The position numbers and the translations under genes were made by a program. A stretch of DNA of 64,000 nt from Asterias rubens (lineage: Eukaryota). Below the pieces are notes generated by a model. The model ran no database searches and had not been told where the DNA came from. It worked only from the letters and a program-made list of their open reading frames with translations. The stretch covers positions 2,170,001 to 2,234,000 of the forward strand of contig NC_047073.1 in assembly GCF_902459465.1 (NCBI RefSeq). The letters are read 5' to 3'. This document shows positions 1 through 14,000 of the stretch, one piece after another; position 1 is the stretch's first letter, and each line of letters begins with the position of its first letter.

Positions 1-639
1 ATTATGCAGCAGCATCCGGGCGATCCCGATTGCATGCATACGATTATTGGAGGGGGGGGGGGGGGGGGGTACAGCCCTAAGGGGCAGAAAAGAGCTGATA
101 GTACTGTCGTTTCTACAAATTTAAATTTTGGAAAACCATCTGTGGACTTTAACACTGGGAATATTTCCGCCATGACTGATAAACAATACGGTGTTTCTCA
201 GCAGTACGACCCAGATGTGTCGCATCCGTGACCTTGTGGACACGGTAAACGTAATCCCACGTGAAGTTCTTGGAAGTTGGCACACCCCCTTCCCGGTTCA
301 GGGACGGGGTGGGGGTGGGGGGGGGGCGGTATTTGGCGGTAACTAATTCTATTTGGTTATTTTGTGAATGTTTATGGGTTTTTTCTTCTTAATATCAAAC
401 TAGTGATTAATCTAGCTTAGAACAAGAGCACGAACAAAAACAACAACAACGCCAGCAAGAACAAACAACAACAACAACCGTACTTTGACCCTGTTTCTGT
501 TTACCCCCATGGGTACAGCCGCGTTCTTAGTAAGCGACCTTGATCCCTGATTAATGTACCCTCAAGGGCCTACGTGCAGAATGATATGTAACCATGTTAT
601 ACCAATGTGCTGGTTTTCAGGGGACTTCCCAGCTAACCA

Positions 640-1160
640 AAAAACGTTGCGAGAACGTTGTTACAACGTTACTTTTTTGTTGTGGCAACGTTGATGTGTA
701 ATGTTGTGGCAACGAATTTGTGTGGACTCTCCTTGATGTTGTGACAACGTTGTCTCTAACGTTGTGAGCCAACGTCCATACCACATCCAAAATTAACTTT
801 CTGACAACGTCACAATATGTTGTTAACTAACGTTCCTACAACGTCTCAATGTTGTAAGTTAACGTTCCAGCAACGTCTTAAAAAAACGTTGCGAGAACGT
901 TGTTGCATCTGTACATTTTCTGTTGTTGCAACGTTGATGTGTAACGTTGTGGTAACGAATTTGTGTGGACTCTTCTTGATGTTGTGACAACGTTGTCTCT
1001 AACGTTGTAAGCCAACGTCCATACCACATCCAAAATTAACCTTCTGACAACCTCCCAATTATGTTGTTAACTTACGTTGCTACAACGTCTCAATGTTATA
1101 AATAAACGTTCCAGCATCGTCCCAATATGTGCAAAATTAACGTTCCTGCAACCTCCCAAA
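640..1160. repeat. AACGTT-rich tandem repeat, two ~243-bp copies (left arm)
   Basis: AAAAACGTTGCGAGAACGTTGTT at ~641 and ~883, each followed by near-identical downstream sequence. Confidence 0.85.
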
Positions 1161-3239
1161 ATGTTCGAAATGTTCAATGCAGTCTTTACTGCAGTAAAAC
1201 TACACTGTTACTGTAGTTTCAGCATTATTTTACCTCAAAATAACCCGTTGCTACCACATAATTACTAGTTTTATTGCAGTTTCAATGCAGTCTTTACAAA
1301 TTTGTGCAGTTGACGGTTGTACGATTATAATTAGTACAAAATATAATGAGAGAGAAAGCAGTGTAAATAAATACATGCAGCACCTTTTTTTGCAATACCA
1401 CAGGACAGGATTAATCTCTTTTTGAAATAATTATCTTGAGCAAGACGTAGCCCTAACACCGCGCCATGCTTCATTGCCAGCCTTCTGTTGATGGTGATGT
1501 TGATTGAGTTGTCTTTATCAGAGAAGCACAAGATCTATAAAAGAAAAAAATTGGAAAATATGTGTCAGAAATAATGAAACATTTGTAGAAAATTTCAATG
1601 GTTTAAGTTTGCACAGCTCTCCAGTCCGTAAAGTCAAGATGAGGCAAAAAGGTTTTGAATATCCATTATTACTCTCCTCTCCTCTAAGTACTTCATACTG
1701 TCATGATTAATATGAACATGACAATTAATGTTGAATTTTTTGTTATATATAATTTGGGTTTAAATGTCGGACCCAAGGCAAGTCAAACCCATTGTCGTTT
1801 TCTTTTTCTACATAAGAAAACAAGTAAAGCAGGGCCAACAAAAATAACTAAGGATAAAATTTATAAACACAAACAAAATTGAAACATACCATAGAGTTTT
1901 TTTTAAAACAAAATTAAATAAAAGTTAGTTAACCTCACTGCAGTGCTTTCTGAATTATAATGTACGGGGTAGACCCAGACAGAGTATCAAGTATGTATGA
2001 ATCTTTAACCATGGAGGTTAACCTTTCCCTCATCATAGATTTCCATTCCAAGTCCAACCAAACCAAAGCAAGTAAAGTAGACTATTTACAAAAAAATTAT
2101 ATCTATACAACCATTAGGCTAGAAAAAAACAGTTCTCCTGACTTCCTTGCCAAGTTCCCCAGCGGAAGTTTCAGTAAAAAATAAGCTATTTATTTACAAT
2201 TTACAAGGAAGTGGATTGAAGAAGAACATTCTAAAAGAAAATCTTTAAGTTTCAAACACGTACGTACGTTACTTACCAAACAAAAATGATCACCCACATC
2301 ATCACGGCGACGGTACCTGACGGACGTCGACTCTCTCTTGCTCTTAATTTTCACTGTAAAATTCACATCTAATCAGCCCCACACGGTCAGCCTTTATTCA
2401 CTGGAAATACCTCCAAAATGTACAATAATCATACGCCAAAACATACAACAATGAACATCATCATCACAGAAATTAGAATCCGTTGGTCCGCCGGCCGTTA
2501 GAAACGGTTTGAAACTGGCTCTGAGTGATAGATAGACGGAGCTCCACATGTTGTGCATAACATAGCTGTTCAGTTTACATGCGCGAAGTCTGGGTGCCGA
2601 CCGTTTTACACACAACTATCATATAGCGCCCTCTATTGATGGAAAAATGTCCAGTCATTATTTTTCGAAGCTACCAAAGAATTGGGAACTAGCTCCTGGG
2701 GGGGGGGGGGGGGGGCAGGGGTTGTGGATGGGAAGTATTAAATGTGGGATTCTACTTTTGAAAAGTTTTAATTTTTTTAAATGTTCACAATAGAAACTAA
2801 GTTCCATAGAATATAGACAACCTGAAACAGACCCATAATAGAAAGCTTATTTTTTTTTTTAGAATTCTATAAAATGGAGAAGTTGGGATTCTTCTTTTGA
2901 ACAGTTTTGTTGTTTGTTTATGGATATATTTATAAAAGAAACTAAGTCTAAGTTCTATAGAATATTAGACAACCTGAAATGGGACTCTTTTGAAAATAAA
3001 AGTTTTTATACTAGAATTTAGATCCATAGAAAACTAGAATTCTACAGGCGGCGAAGGAAACTGATTTCTATAGACAATAACCTTAAACATTCTATAGAAA
3101 AGTGGGGACGCCAATTTTTAAATAAACTTTTCTACATGACTACAATATGTACTGACAACATCCATCTTCTGAAAACATTCTAAGTGCGACAATGATACTT
3201 TCGTATTACCATAGCTTATAGTTTCATGCACAAAAAACA

Positions 3240-3990
3240 ATTGTTTTACTACAAGGATACTGCAGAATTGCTGCTGTTATCATTGCAGTAAAGTTAAAGT
3301 GAATCTACAGTAAACCATGGTTAGAAATACTACAGTATTACTTCTATAATACTGCAGATTCACTATAGTTTGACTAGGGTTTTGATGCAGTTTTTACTGC
3401 AGTAAATTTAAAGTATTATCAAACAAACTACTATTGTTTACTACAAGGATACTGCGGTATTACTGCAATTTCTATTGCAGTAAAGTTAAAGTGAATCTAC
3501 AGTAAAATAAGAGTAGAAATGCTTTAGTATTACTTCTAAAACACTGCAGATTCACTTTAGTTTGACTTGGGGTTTGATGCAGTTTTTACTGCAGTAAATT
3601 TAAAGTATTATCAAACAAACTACCATTGTTTTACTACAAGGATACTGCAGTATTACTGCAGTTTTTATTGCAGTAAAGTTAAAGTGAATCTAAAGTAAAC
3701 TAAGAGTAGAGACACTATAGTATTACTTCTAAAATACTGCAGATTCACTATAGTTTGACTTGGGTTTGGATGCAGTTTTTACTGCAGTAAATTTGTAGTA
3801 TTATCAAAAAAATTACCATTGTTTCACTACAAGGATACTGCAGTATTACTGTAGTTTTTATTGCAGTAAAATTAAAGTGAATTTACAGTAAACTAAGAGT
3901 AGAAATACTACAGTATTACTTCTTAAATACTGCAGATTCACTATAGTTTGACTTGGGTTTGAATGCAGTTTTTACTGCAGTAAATTTGTT
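3240..3990. repeat. ACTGCAGT-rich tandem repeat, ~4 copies of ~190 bp
   Basis: ACTACAAGGATACTGC recurs at ~3249, ~3439, ~3630 and ~3827; a related motif block lies at ~1180-1310. Confidence 0.85.
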
Positions 3991-4239
3991 GAATTTTAGC
4001 ATCTTGTCACTGTGCTCTCAAAACCCAGTGAGTATGTATAGCTTTTTGCTTGTAAAATGTTAATGCAACATGGGATTTGCACAAAATTTAGTTTGAGATG
4101 TCCCATCAGCTACCTAAACTTAGGGTTAAAAGCATTTTTCAATCCAAAAAACAAGAACAAAATTACCCGCCAAAACGTTGAATTTTAGCATCTTGTCACT
4201 GTGCTCTCAAAACTCAGTAAGTATGTATAACTTTTGGCT

Positions 4240-6045
4240 TGACGAAACATCAACCTCAGGCAACGTTTCTATTAGAAAAACGTCTGGACGATGTTATAAA
4301 CAGGGAACAAAATATTGTATCATTGTTGCAACGTGTATAAGTTACAATCTAACATGAAATTGAAACTGCAACTTCAGGCAATGTTGCAACAAAACCGTGG
4401 CAGCAACGTTCCAAAACAACGTCCAACTGATACGTTGTTGCAACGTTGTATATACGTCAGTATGTAACATGATGAAAGTGCAACCTTTAGGCAACCTTGA
4501 GGCAAAACCTTCTCGCAATGTTGCGATACAACGTCACCATTAAACGTTGTTGCAACATTTTATATAGGTTACTCAGTAACGTGACGACAATGCAACCTTC
4601 ACGCAACGTTTCTAAAACAACGTCTGGGTGATGTTATTGGAACAGAAAATTGTAGCATTGTTGCAACGTTGCAATGTTGCGACAAATCGTGGAAGCAACG
4701 TTCGTAAACAATGTCCAATATTGATACATTGTTGCAATGTTGTATTTACGTAAGCGCAACCTTCAGGCAATGTTTCTATGAGAAACGTGCGGCGATGTTT
4801 AGGGAACAGACAAAACGCGACAAAACGTGGAAGCAACGTTCCACAGCAATGTCCGAATAAAACGATGTTGCAACGTTGTATATACGTCAGCATGTAACAT
4901 GACGAAAGCGCAACCTTCTAGCAACATTGCGGCCAAACCTTCTGGCAATGTTTCGACACAACGTCACCATTTAACGTTGTCACAACATTGTATGAACGTT
5001 TCTAGTAACATGACGAAACCACAACCTTCAGGCAACGTTTCTAAGAAACGTCCAGGCGATGTTTAGGGAACAGACAATTGTGACATTGCTGCAACGTTTG
5101 GTATAAGTGAGAATGTAACATGACGAAACTGCAACCTTCATGCAATGTTAAACATGGAAGCAACGTTCCAAGCAATGTCCGAATAAAACGCTGTTGCAAC
5201 GTTGTATATACGTCAGCATGTAACATGACAAAAGCGCAACCTTCTAGCAACATTGCGGCCAAACCTTCTGGCAATGTTTTGACACAACGTCACCATTTAA
5301 CGTTGTCACAACAATGTATGAACGTTTCTAGTAACATGATGAAACCACAACCTTCAGGCAACGTTTCTAAGAAACGTGCGGGCGATGTTTAGGGAACAGA
5401 CAATATTGTAACATTGTTGCAACGTTTGGTATAGGTGAGAATGTAACATGACGAAACTGCAACCTTCATGCAACGTTGCGACAATACGTGGAAGCAACGT
5501 TCCAAAGCAATGTCCGAATAAAACGCTGTTGCAACGTTGTATATACGTCAGCATGTAACATGACGAAAGCGCAACCTTCTAGCAACATTGCGGCCAAACC
5601 TTCTGGCAATGTTTCGACACAACGTCACCATTTAACGTTTTCACAACAATGTATGAACGTTTCTAGTAACATGACGAAACCACAACCTTCAGGCAACGTT
5701 TCGAAGAAACGTGCGGGAGATGTTTAGGGAACAGACAATTGTAACGTTGTTGCAACGTTTGGTATAAGTTATAATGTAACATGACGAAACTGCAACCTTC
5801 ATGCAACGTTGCGACAAAACGTGGAAGCAATGTTCCAAAGCAATGTACAACTAAAACGTTGTTGCAACGTTGTATATACGTCAGCATGTAACATGACGAA
5901 AGCGCAACCTTCCAGCAACATTGCGGCAGAACTTTCTAGCAATGTTGCGATACAACGTCACCATTTAACGTTGTTGCAACATTGTGTGAACGTTACTAGG
6001 TAACATGACGAAACCGCAACCTGCAGGCAACGCTGCAGTAAGGTC
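4240..6045. repeat. AACGTT-rich tandem repeat, ~5 copies of ~330 bp (right arm)
   Basis: AACGTCACCATTTAACGTT recurs with a ~330-bp period; near-identical short ORFs at 4827, 5120, 5476 and 5809 reflect the repeat unit. Confidence 0.9.
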
Positions 6046-9000
6046 GTGTGTTAGCTGGGTTGTAAGTCCGGGAGCCCAGCAGGGTTTAATGAAATATCTA
6101 GTGCAAAGGTTTGAGATGTGGGATATTATGCAGGATCTCTATGGACCAACCCATCAGGCGACCGGTATAGAAGAGAAAGTGTAGATGTAGAATGTACGAA
6201 AGGCGAGTACATTAGTCACGAATCTACACTTTATACGCCCCCCCCCCCCCCCCCCAAACGTGGATAGCCAATGGAGAGACACGTGACAGGATGTGATTTC
6301 TGTGTTTTTGAACACTCTGGGGAGAGTTTTGTATCCCCCATGGATGGACATAATGGGTAATGGGGGCACTATAACAGCTCTTAATGATCAAGACTACCTC
6401 ATTTTGAGATTTTATGAGCATTACGAGCTGCACCTGCCAAAAAAAAGTTATTAAGACACACAATTTTAGTTTCAAGCCTTTGTTACAGTTTATTGTATCT
6501 TTTTTTGTTAACTTTTTTAAAGTATTTTTTTCTTAAATTTTTCTTTTGGTACAGCTGGATTATTTTAGTACTTAATTATTTAGGGTTTAGTTTTGAGATT
6601 TTGGTTAATTTTCCCTCATCAATATTTTCCTTTGTTTATAATAGATTAATGGTTTGTTCTTAGTGTGTCCTGATCAAGGGGCGCGGCCTTCAACTATTGA
6701 AACCTTTTTCTGATCCTTGCAAATTTACTGGATATTTTTTGAGATTCTATACTTTTGAGTAAAGTGTTAAATAAACATTTATAGGCACTGGACACTATCA
6801 TGTAATTGCTCAAAACAATGGAGAGCTGTTGATAGTAAAACAACATTGTGAGGAACCAATTACAGCTCCCTCTCTGGACGTAGTTTTTAAGGAAGTAATT
6901 TCTCAATAAAATATTTGAATTGAAATTTTAGATCTCAGCTGAGGTCTCAAAAGTCAAGACAGAATCTAAGAAAATTTCAGGCCGTTATCTTTTCTCGTGA
7001 GTCTGAAGGCTCACAAATTCGTGCGACAATTGGTACTTGTATTTTCTTCCATTATTCTCTCGCAACTTCGATGACTTTTAAGTTCAATGTTGATATACAC
7101 CAAACGCCGGGGAGAATGGCGTTTGACAGTTACCAAAGGTGTACGTGTCTGTAAATGTGATCCCAGTGCTTGTTTCAATATTGTAGATAGTATACCATAA
7201 AACAAACCTGTCCAAATTGCAGTTAAAAAGGTAGTATCTCTCTAAATGTAAAGGAGTGAAAAACCACTCTTTAAAAGCCATGGGGGACAGCTCTTTTTTC
7301 GAGTGGTCTTCCACTCTTTTAGATTGAAGTTTCCATCTTTTTGAGTGATTTTGCACTGTGTCCTGGAGTGAAACCCCTGTAAAAGAATGGAATAAGTTAA
7401 ATAACTACCACTCTTTTTAGAGAACCATTTGAGGAGGGACAGCACGAACTGTAAAGAGTGGTGTTTACATGGAGAATATGGTAGTAGCCTATTTGCCGAA
7501 AATCTGGAGCTGGTTATTTTCTTCCATGCGTTGTCCACGCAGGAAGAATAATTTAATTGTCATTTTCCATCCGTCTTGAAAGTTGAACCCGGATGTACAT
7601 GTACGTCTTCAAGGACCTATACGAGTTTCCGAGAAATCGTCCGTTCATCCGGGAGACCCCAGGTCACTTGCTGCGGGTCAAACAGCTGTTTGGTAATCAC
7701 TCACTGTTAAAATAACCTAGCGGGATGCCGCGCGCTAGATGAGGAGGATTCTAGTAAACAAATGTTGTAAAAGGTAATGTGGGGGCAAGGGAGGTATTCT
7801 TACAGGTAATAATCATTTCGTAGGATTGGATTAGAAATTGTATTTATAATCGGTGTGGAAATTTGTCATTAATGTTGTATTTTGATAAAAAATAACTGTT
7901 GAGCGTGCACAACTTAGTTGTGAAACGTCGCGACGCGTCGCCTCTCCTCCTCACCTTCTCTCTTGCGTTCTCCAACTAAAGGAATTGGTGTTTGTTTCTG
8001 GAATTGAGCTTTAATATTGGGGATGGGTATACTTGGCAATGATGGTACTTGGCATGATTGTTTCGTTATATTTTAGTGTTGATCGAGCGGGCCAACGCAT
8101 TATCCGTAATGTGGATTATGTTTCGCCTCTTTTACGCATAGTTTTAATTCAATCGGCTTTTGTCATTGTGTCAATTTTATCCACTGCACTGAGTATTTCC
8201 CAGCTATGACTGTAAGGGTTATAATGCTTAGTCGACCAAAAATATAGCACGTACACTGCTCCAATGACACACTTATTTTATTGTGTTGAGCACATTTGGT
8301 ATAATTCAGTTAAACTTGGCAAAATGTACATCCTGAGTCCCGCCCAAACTGCTTTCATTATTATTACGAACTTTGTGAAACATTTGCCTTGTTATTTTGA
8401 GGGTCTGTACGTCCAGTTTGGTTAATTTATATGGAGATGGGCCAATCGGACAATGTATAACACGCTGAATGTGGAATCAGCAGTGGTATTTGGTTCCCTT
8501 AGCAACAAATCCATAGTCACCGATAGCCACGGATTTGAGTGGTCTAAGTCTGGTCTCCCCCTCAACAATTATCACCGCTGCTAATAAATAGCAAAGGAGA
8601 AATCCGACTAAAAAGGCTTGTATGAAAGACACAACCGTGTTGGATTCCACAAGGATGCCATGCCACTGGACCTTCTAATTGTCAATCCAAGATGGCGCGG
8701 GTTACGCTTTTAATAGTATAGATGTCAATAAAACTTTAGGTATGAACTATTAAACCTACATCAGCTTTAGCATTTTGAGAGACATTTCAGTTTCGAGGTA
8801 ATGTAATTATGTAAAATGATATAAGTTTTAAAGCCCGAAGTTTTAATCTTAGGGAAGCGTTACTGTAAGTAACCCTTCTCAGATTGTATTCCAGTTAAGA
8901 ATTATCTGCGTGGACTCATTCATTCATTGTCAGCGATACCTCAATATAACGCAAGCACCTTTTATGTAATTTTATCACGTGGGTTAAGTGTATCTATGTC

Positions 9001-10456
9001 ATGGAAAATAAAAAGGTTTCAAAAATCAAGTTGCATTTAAAGGCTCTTGACACCTTTGGTAATTTGTCAAAGACCAATATTCTCACTTGGTGTATCCCAA
9101 CTATGCATACAAAAACAAACCTGTGAAAATTTGGGATCAATTGGTCATCGAAGTTGCAAGAGAATATAAAGTGAAAGAAAAAAAACACAATGCATTTCTA
9201 ATAAAACACTTATGAAAACACAGCTGATATTTGTGTGAGGCGGACCTTTTTCTCAAAAACTACTTCAGAGGGAGCCGCTCTTACAATGTTTTATACAGCT
9301 CAACAGCTCCCCATTTGCTTGTTACCTAGTAAGTTTTTTATGCTACCAATTACTTTGAGAATGTCGAGTGTCCATGGATTTCATATATCGAGTTTCTCCA
9401 TGAGTAGCCTTATTTTTTTTTAAATATCTTCTAGGACCATGCAGGTAGAATAAGTAGAAATCGACCTCGAACCGTGACGTCACCCAGATGGCGTGAGAAT
9501 AAATGAGCGTGGACCTACTTATCAGGACAGCAAATTAACATGAACACTTGTTGAGTTACAAGGTCACGTTTGACAATACAACCATATTTGAGAATCTTGG
9601 ATTTTAAGTGGTGTTGTTAAATACTTCAGCAAGCCAATCGACCCCAGGTGTTTATGAGGCACTTACGCTGCCGTTTCACTCATTGAATAAAAAACACAAA
9701 GTAAAAGAATAGTTAGACCATAGAGGAAGGACAGAGCAAGGACCTGGTTAGACCATAGAGCAAGGAAGAGATGGTTAGACATTTAATAAGTTGCAAATGT
9801 TTGCCTGGATTGTGATCTGGTTGGTCAATTATTATATTATACTCTGTTGAGCTGTATAAAACATTGTAAGAATGGCTCCCTCTGAAGTAATTTTTGAGAA
9901 AAAGGTCATTTCGCACACAAATATCGGCTCGGCTGCAGCCTGAATTGTTTTATTAGAGATGCATTGTGTTTTTTTCTTTCACTACTCTCTCGCAACTTCG
10001 ATGACCAGGAGTTGAAACCAACGGTTCTTTTCAGAACCACCCCAACTCATTAGAGATAGTCATTACATAGTCAAACCTTTCTATTATATGTATACTCGTA
10101 ACTAGTTGCTAAGTTCACACTGTGGTGTGAAAACTACTAGGCAGAACTGCTGATGAGTAGGAGGGTAATACAGATTTTCATTCTGAAAATTGATCAATAA
10201 TAAAGGCCATCTGTTTTGTTTGTTTGTACTTCGGATTTTGGATTACAAAAACATCTATATACTTCTAGATGCTTCTAGGAAAGTACGTGTGGGTATTCTA
10301 AGACCATTGTCCCATTACAGTGCGCCATTTGTTATTCTAGGTCACCAATGTGCGATAAGAGACCCCAAGGTTTGGGTGGGTCAGTGTTGACAGTACGTGT
10401 GGCCTTGCACGAGGGGCTTCTGCTTGAGCAGCCTTGACCCGCGGCGTATCCTGGTT

Positions 10457-10518
10457 TGACGTCACTACTCGTTTAGCCAATCAGATTGCAGAATGAATTT
10501 GGCTTGAAGGTATTTAAG
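10457..10518 (+). promoter_or_regulatory. Candidate core promoter of the WxxW gene: CRE, CCAAT box, TATA-like box
   Basis: TGACGTCA at 10457-10464, AGCCAATCAG at 10475-10484 and TATTTAAG at 10511-10518, upstream of a non-coding exon ending at the donor CAG|GTAAAC (10601/10602). Confidence 0.55.
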
Positions 10519-11059
10519 TCGTCGCCGAAGCTGAGGAAACCAACTTCCACATCAGAGAGAGAAACAGAGACCACCTGGTTACCGAAGAACATCTCCAACA
10601 GGTAAACTTTCTTCACTTTTAGACTTTTGTTTCGTATCTCACTGTTTAATTCTTTTTAAGGTTTGATTTTCGTTTAGAATTTGTCTTATAAAATTATGCA
10701 GCGCAAAGTTTGTTATTGAAATTGAAACTTATAACACACTGTCACTGTGATTAAATGTTTTGTTTGCCTCCCCTAGCTGGGTATATTACGAATAGCTATA
10801 GTTTAAATTCAGAAAACTTTGGTTAAATTTGACTACCAATATTATTCCTCCATGTTTACACGAATACATTCTCCTTCATCGAGAATAATTAACATATTAA
10901 TTCAGTTTATTGGGTTGGCTGGTTGTGTGTTTAGTTAGTGTTAAAATATTGTTGTTGTAATTGTTGTTGTTGTTAGTGCTGTTGTTGGTGTAGTTGTTGT
11001 TGTTGTTGTTACTGTTCACCAGTTTGCTTGTCATTTCTATTTTCTTTGTAGAACTGAAG

Positions 11060-14000
11060 ATGAAGGCTGCATTATTTGTGATTTGCTGTATGCTGGCTGT
11101 GGAATCAATTCGAGGTCAGTTCAATTAAGACCCCACTTATTTTATCTTATTATCACTGATTCAATGTTCATTGTTTCCAGTATGTGTCCCACGTACACTT
11201 TATCTTCACCCGGCTCTAACATGACCTCAAATATCACTGCATCTGAACGCACACTTCAGTTCAATTCAATTCATTTCACATTTCTTTCCACAAAACTTTT
11301 CCACAATATTCCAGAACTACATTGTAATGCATGTATATATAAAAAAGACAGAACAAAAAGAACAAACTGGAAGCGCGTGGAGGCAAGGCCCAAAATAAGC
11401 CAGGTAGCTTGTAGCTTGTATAGCGGCTTGCCTTACATAACAAAAGACATACACTAAAGGTATGATGCTTAGGACAATCATGGGACAATGCAAAGACGAA
11501 ACAAACAAACAAACAAACAAACAAACAAACAAACAAACAAACTATTGCTATGTGAGTTGCTTTATCAGGATGTCCTATACCTCAACGCACTATGACGCGA
11601 AATTCTAGCCGTAGCGTAGCTGTACCCGCTTATTGTTTGGTAAATATGGGTTGGAGTTGAAGAGCGAGCCGACAAAAAACACGCATGGAAGTTTAATATA
11701 AAGTGTAAACATGTCATAATGAAATGGTTAACATTAATTTGTTGTTACTACTAATACAGGTCACTATTGGTCAGCTTGGTATGATCGCGATAATCCTTCG
11801 GGTTCCGGAGACTGGGAGACCCTGCGTGATCAAAAGGTAATTGTTTCTATAAATAGCCATAATTGTTATGACATCACATTTTCAAACTGCGCCCTCTCTG
11901 AGGCAAAAAGGACTAGGCAGCTCATTGGACGATGTTATTGATGCGTAAAAGTATGCGTATACCAGATGTTTTAGCCAAATCAACATTCTCTGCAAACTTT
12001 TCTATTAAATAGAATACCTCCCATGATTAGTTGTTTTGTTTTCAGCCAAATTAACACAGTGTTTAAATGTTTTTGATTTGCATTTATGGCTTTCCATAGT
12101 TTTCCAACCTGGGTTAGCAAAAACTCGGGCAAAAGGTCTATACTTCTCATCAATTCGATACTGGGTGAAGGCACACCCTTACAGACACTGGACACTATTG
12201 GTAAATGTCAAAGAACAGTCTTCTCACTTGGTGTATCTCAACATATGCATACAATAACAAACCAGTGAAAATTTGAGCTCAATTGGTCGTCGAAGTTGCG
12301 AGATAATAATGAAAGAAAAAACACCCTTGTCACATGAAGTTGTGTGCTTTCAGATGCTTGATTTCGAGACCTCAAACTCTAAACTTGAGGTTTCGAAATC
12401 AAATTCGTGTAAAATAACTTCTTTCTCGAAAACTACATTTCTTCAGAGGGAGCCGTTTATCACAATGTTTGATACTATCGACCTCTCCCCATTACTCGTT
12501 ACCAAGTAAGTTTTTTATGCTAATAATTATTTTGAGTAATTACCAATAGTGCCCACTGCCTTTAAAGTAACAGTGAACAGGTTCATAATTCATATCTGTG
12601 TTGTTCATACAGTGATATAAGATCATGTTCAAGTTGAGTTTCTAAAATTCCTTGCTCGTTTTTCTTTCTAGAAAATAGGCTATGTCTGTGGTGGTTGTAA
12701 ACCAATCGGCGCACAATGTAGGGTGAAGGGGACATCGAGCGTGTTTACGCGTTGGACTGGATCGGCACCTGACACCCTCTCCGTTAAGTGCTTACCGACG
12801 GTGGGCCTGGTATGCAAAAACGCTGACCAACCATCAGGCGGCTACTGTAGTGACTACGAGATCAGATATCAGTGTCCATCTACAGGTAAATGTTTATTAT
12901 TAATGTTACACAATGTACAACATCGCCTATTTAGGCAAGCTCAGCGTTACTACCTTTGCCAATGCTAATTGCCATAACATGCGCTCTTAGTATGTACCGT
13001 GTATGTACACAATATATATCATGTACGACACAGTAAGTCCCAAGGTATCGATAATTATTGTTTACGTACACGATTATTGTGTACAAACATGATAATTATC
13101 GTGTACATAATTATTGTGTACGTACATGATAATTACATGTGTACGTTATTGTGTACGTACATAATAATTATCTTATACGTACACAATAAGAGCGGGATTT
13201 TGTTTATTCATGTGTCGGCAGTACGCAGCGGCACTACGCATCGGTACTAGGGGGGTTTTATGTGTAGATTTTTAACTATGCAAGATTAGACCAGCCCGAA
13301 CCTGTCAGACTGTGCAAGTGTGTGTAAAACGCATACCCAGATGAGCCAAATAAGTTGAACTAAGTGAGGGTAATAATTTCGATTATATTTGTGTCCCCTC
13401 TTGATTTTAGCCTCTACCTGGACGGCATTTAAAGACAGAGATAATCCTTCTGCATCCGGAGACTGGGAAAACGTAGGGGCGTTTAGGGTGAGCATTATGC
13501 ACTAATTAGCTGCACAAAGTCAGACAGTAACTCGGCTAATGTCCACAACGACAAGTTCATTATAAATGACCTCCATGAATTTGTTTGTTTGTTTATTTGT
13601 GTGTTTGTGTGTTTGTGTGTCTGTTTGTATGATCTTCCCGTCAAGGGAACTCGGCAAATTCCCACAGGGGAATATAAACAACAAGCTGGTAACAACCAAT
13701 CTCTCTCATACCAGGGAATCAATGTGTGGTCAAGAGGTTTTCAACTAGTGATTGGTTTAAACCCACCGAGGCATGGTTCTTGATAATTTACCTCGACGAG
13801 TAAAAGGTTCAAACACCCCACGTGACGCGCTCTCCAACAATAGGAATAGCGAAACTGTCTTAGGTATCTATGAATATTGGTTTAACGTATATATAAATTG
13901 TACAAATCAAGAACCTGTGATTCCGTTACTAGACGACTACGCTTATTCTAGTCAATGTGAAATCAGCGGCCAGCCTGGTGATTCGAACCCCATATATTGT

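Larger units (their letters stand above)
628..6059. mobile_element. Putative non-autonomous CMC/EnSpm-like DNA transposon (5.4 kb) with satellite-like subterminal arrays
   Basis: CCCAGCTAAC at 628-637 and its reverse complement GTTAGCTGGG at 6050-6059, flanked by TT on both sides (626-627, 6060-6061). Both arms are AACGTT-rich tandem arrays and no transposase ORF is present. Superfamily inferred from CCC..GGG ends, a 2-bp TSD and subterminal repeats. Confidence 0.6.

Noticed and set aside
4240-6045. Regularly spaced repeats resembling a CRISPR array or a repeat-protein ORF
   Set aside because: The whole ~330-bp unit is repeated with no unique spacers, there are no cas genes, and the context is eukaryotic; the short ORFs are by-products of the repeat.
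7900-8700. Coding-like minus-strand stretch (a hydrophobic CVIGAVYVLYF segment and a charged GEEERRR tail)
   Set aside because: It has multiple stops and frameshifts and no recognisable family; it may be a decayed pseudogene but cannot be supported.
12273-12509. Recurring ORFs such as MSSIGRRSCEIIMKEK.. and MVDFETSSSK.. (also 24720, 33801, 43220, 46617, 60471)
   Set aside because: They are translations of the multicopy TTAA MITE, not genes.
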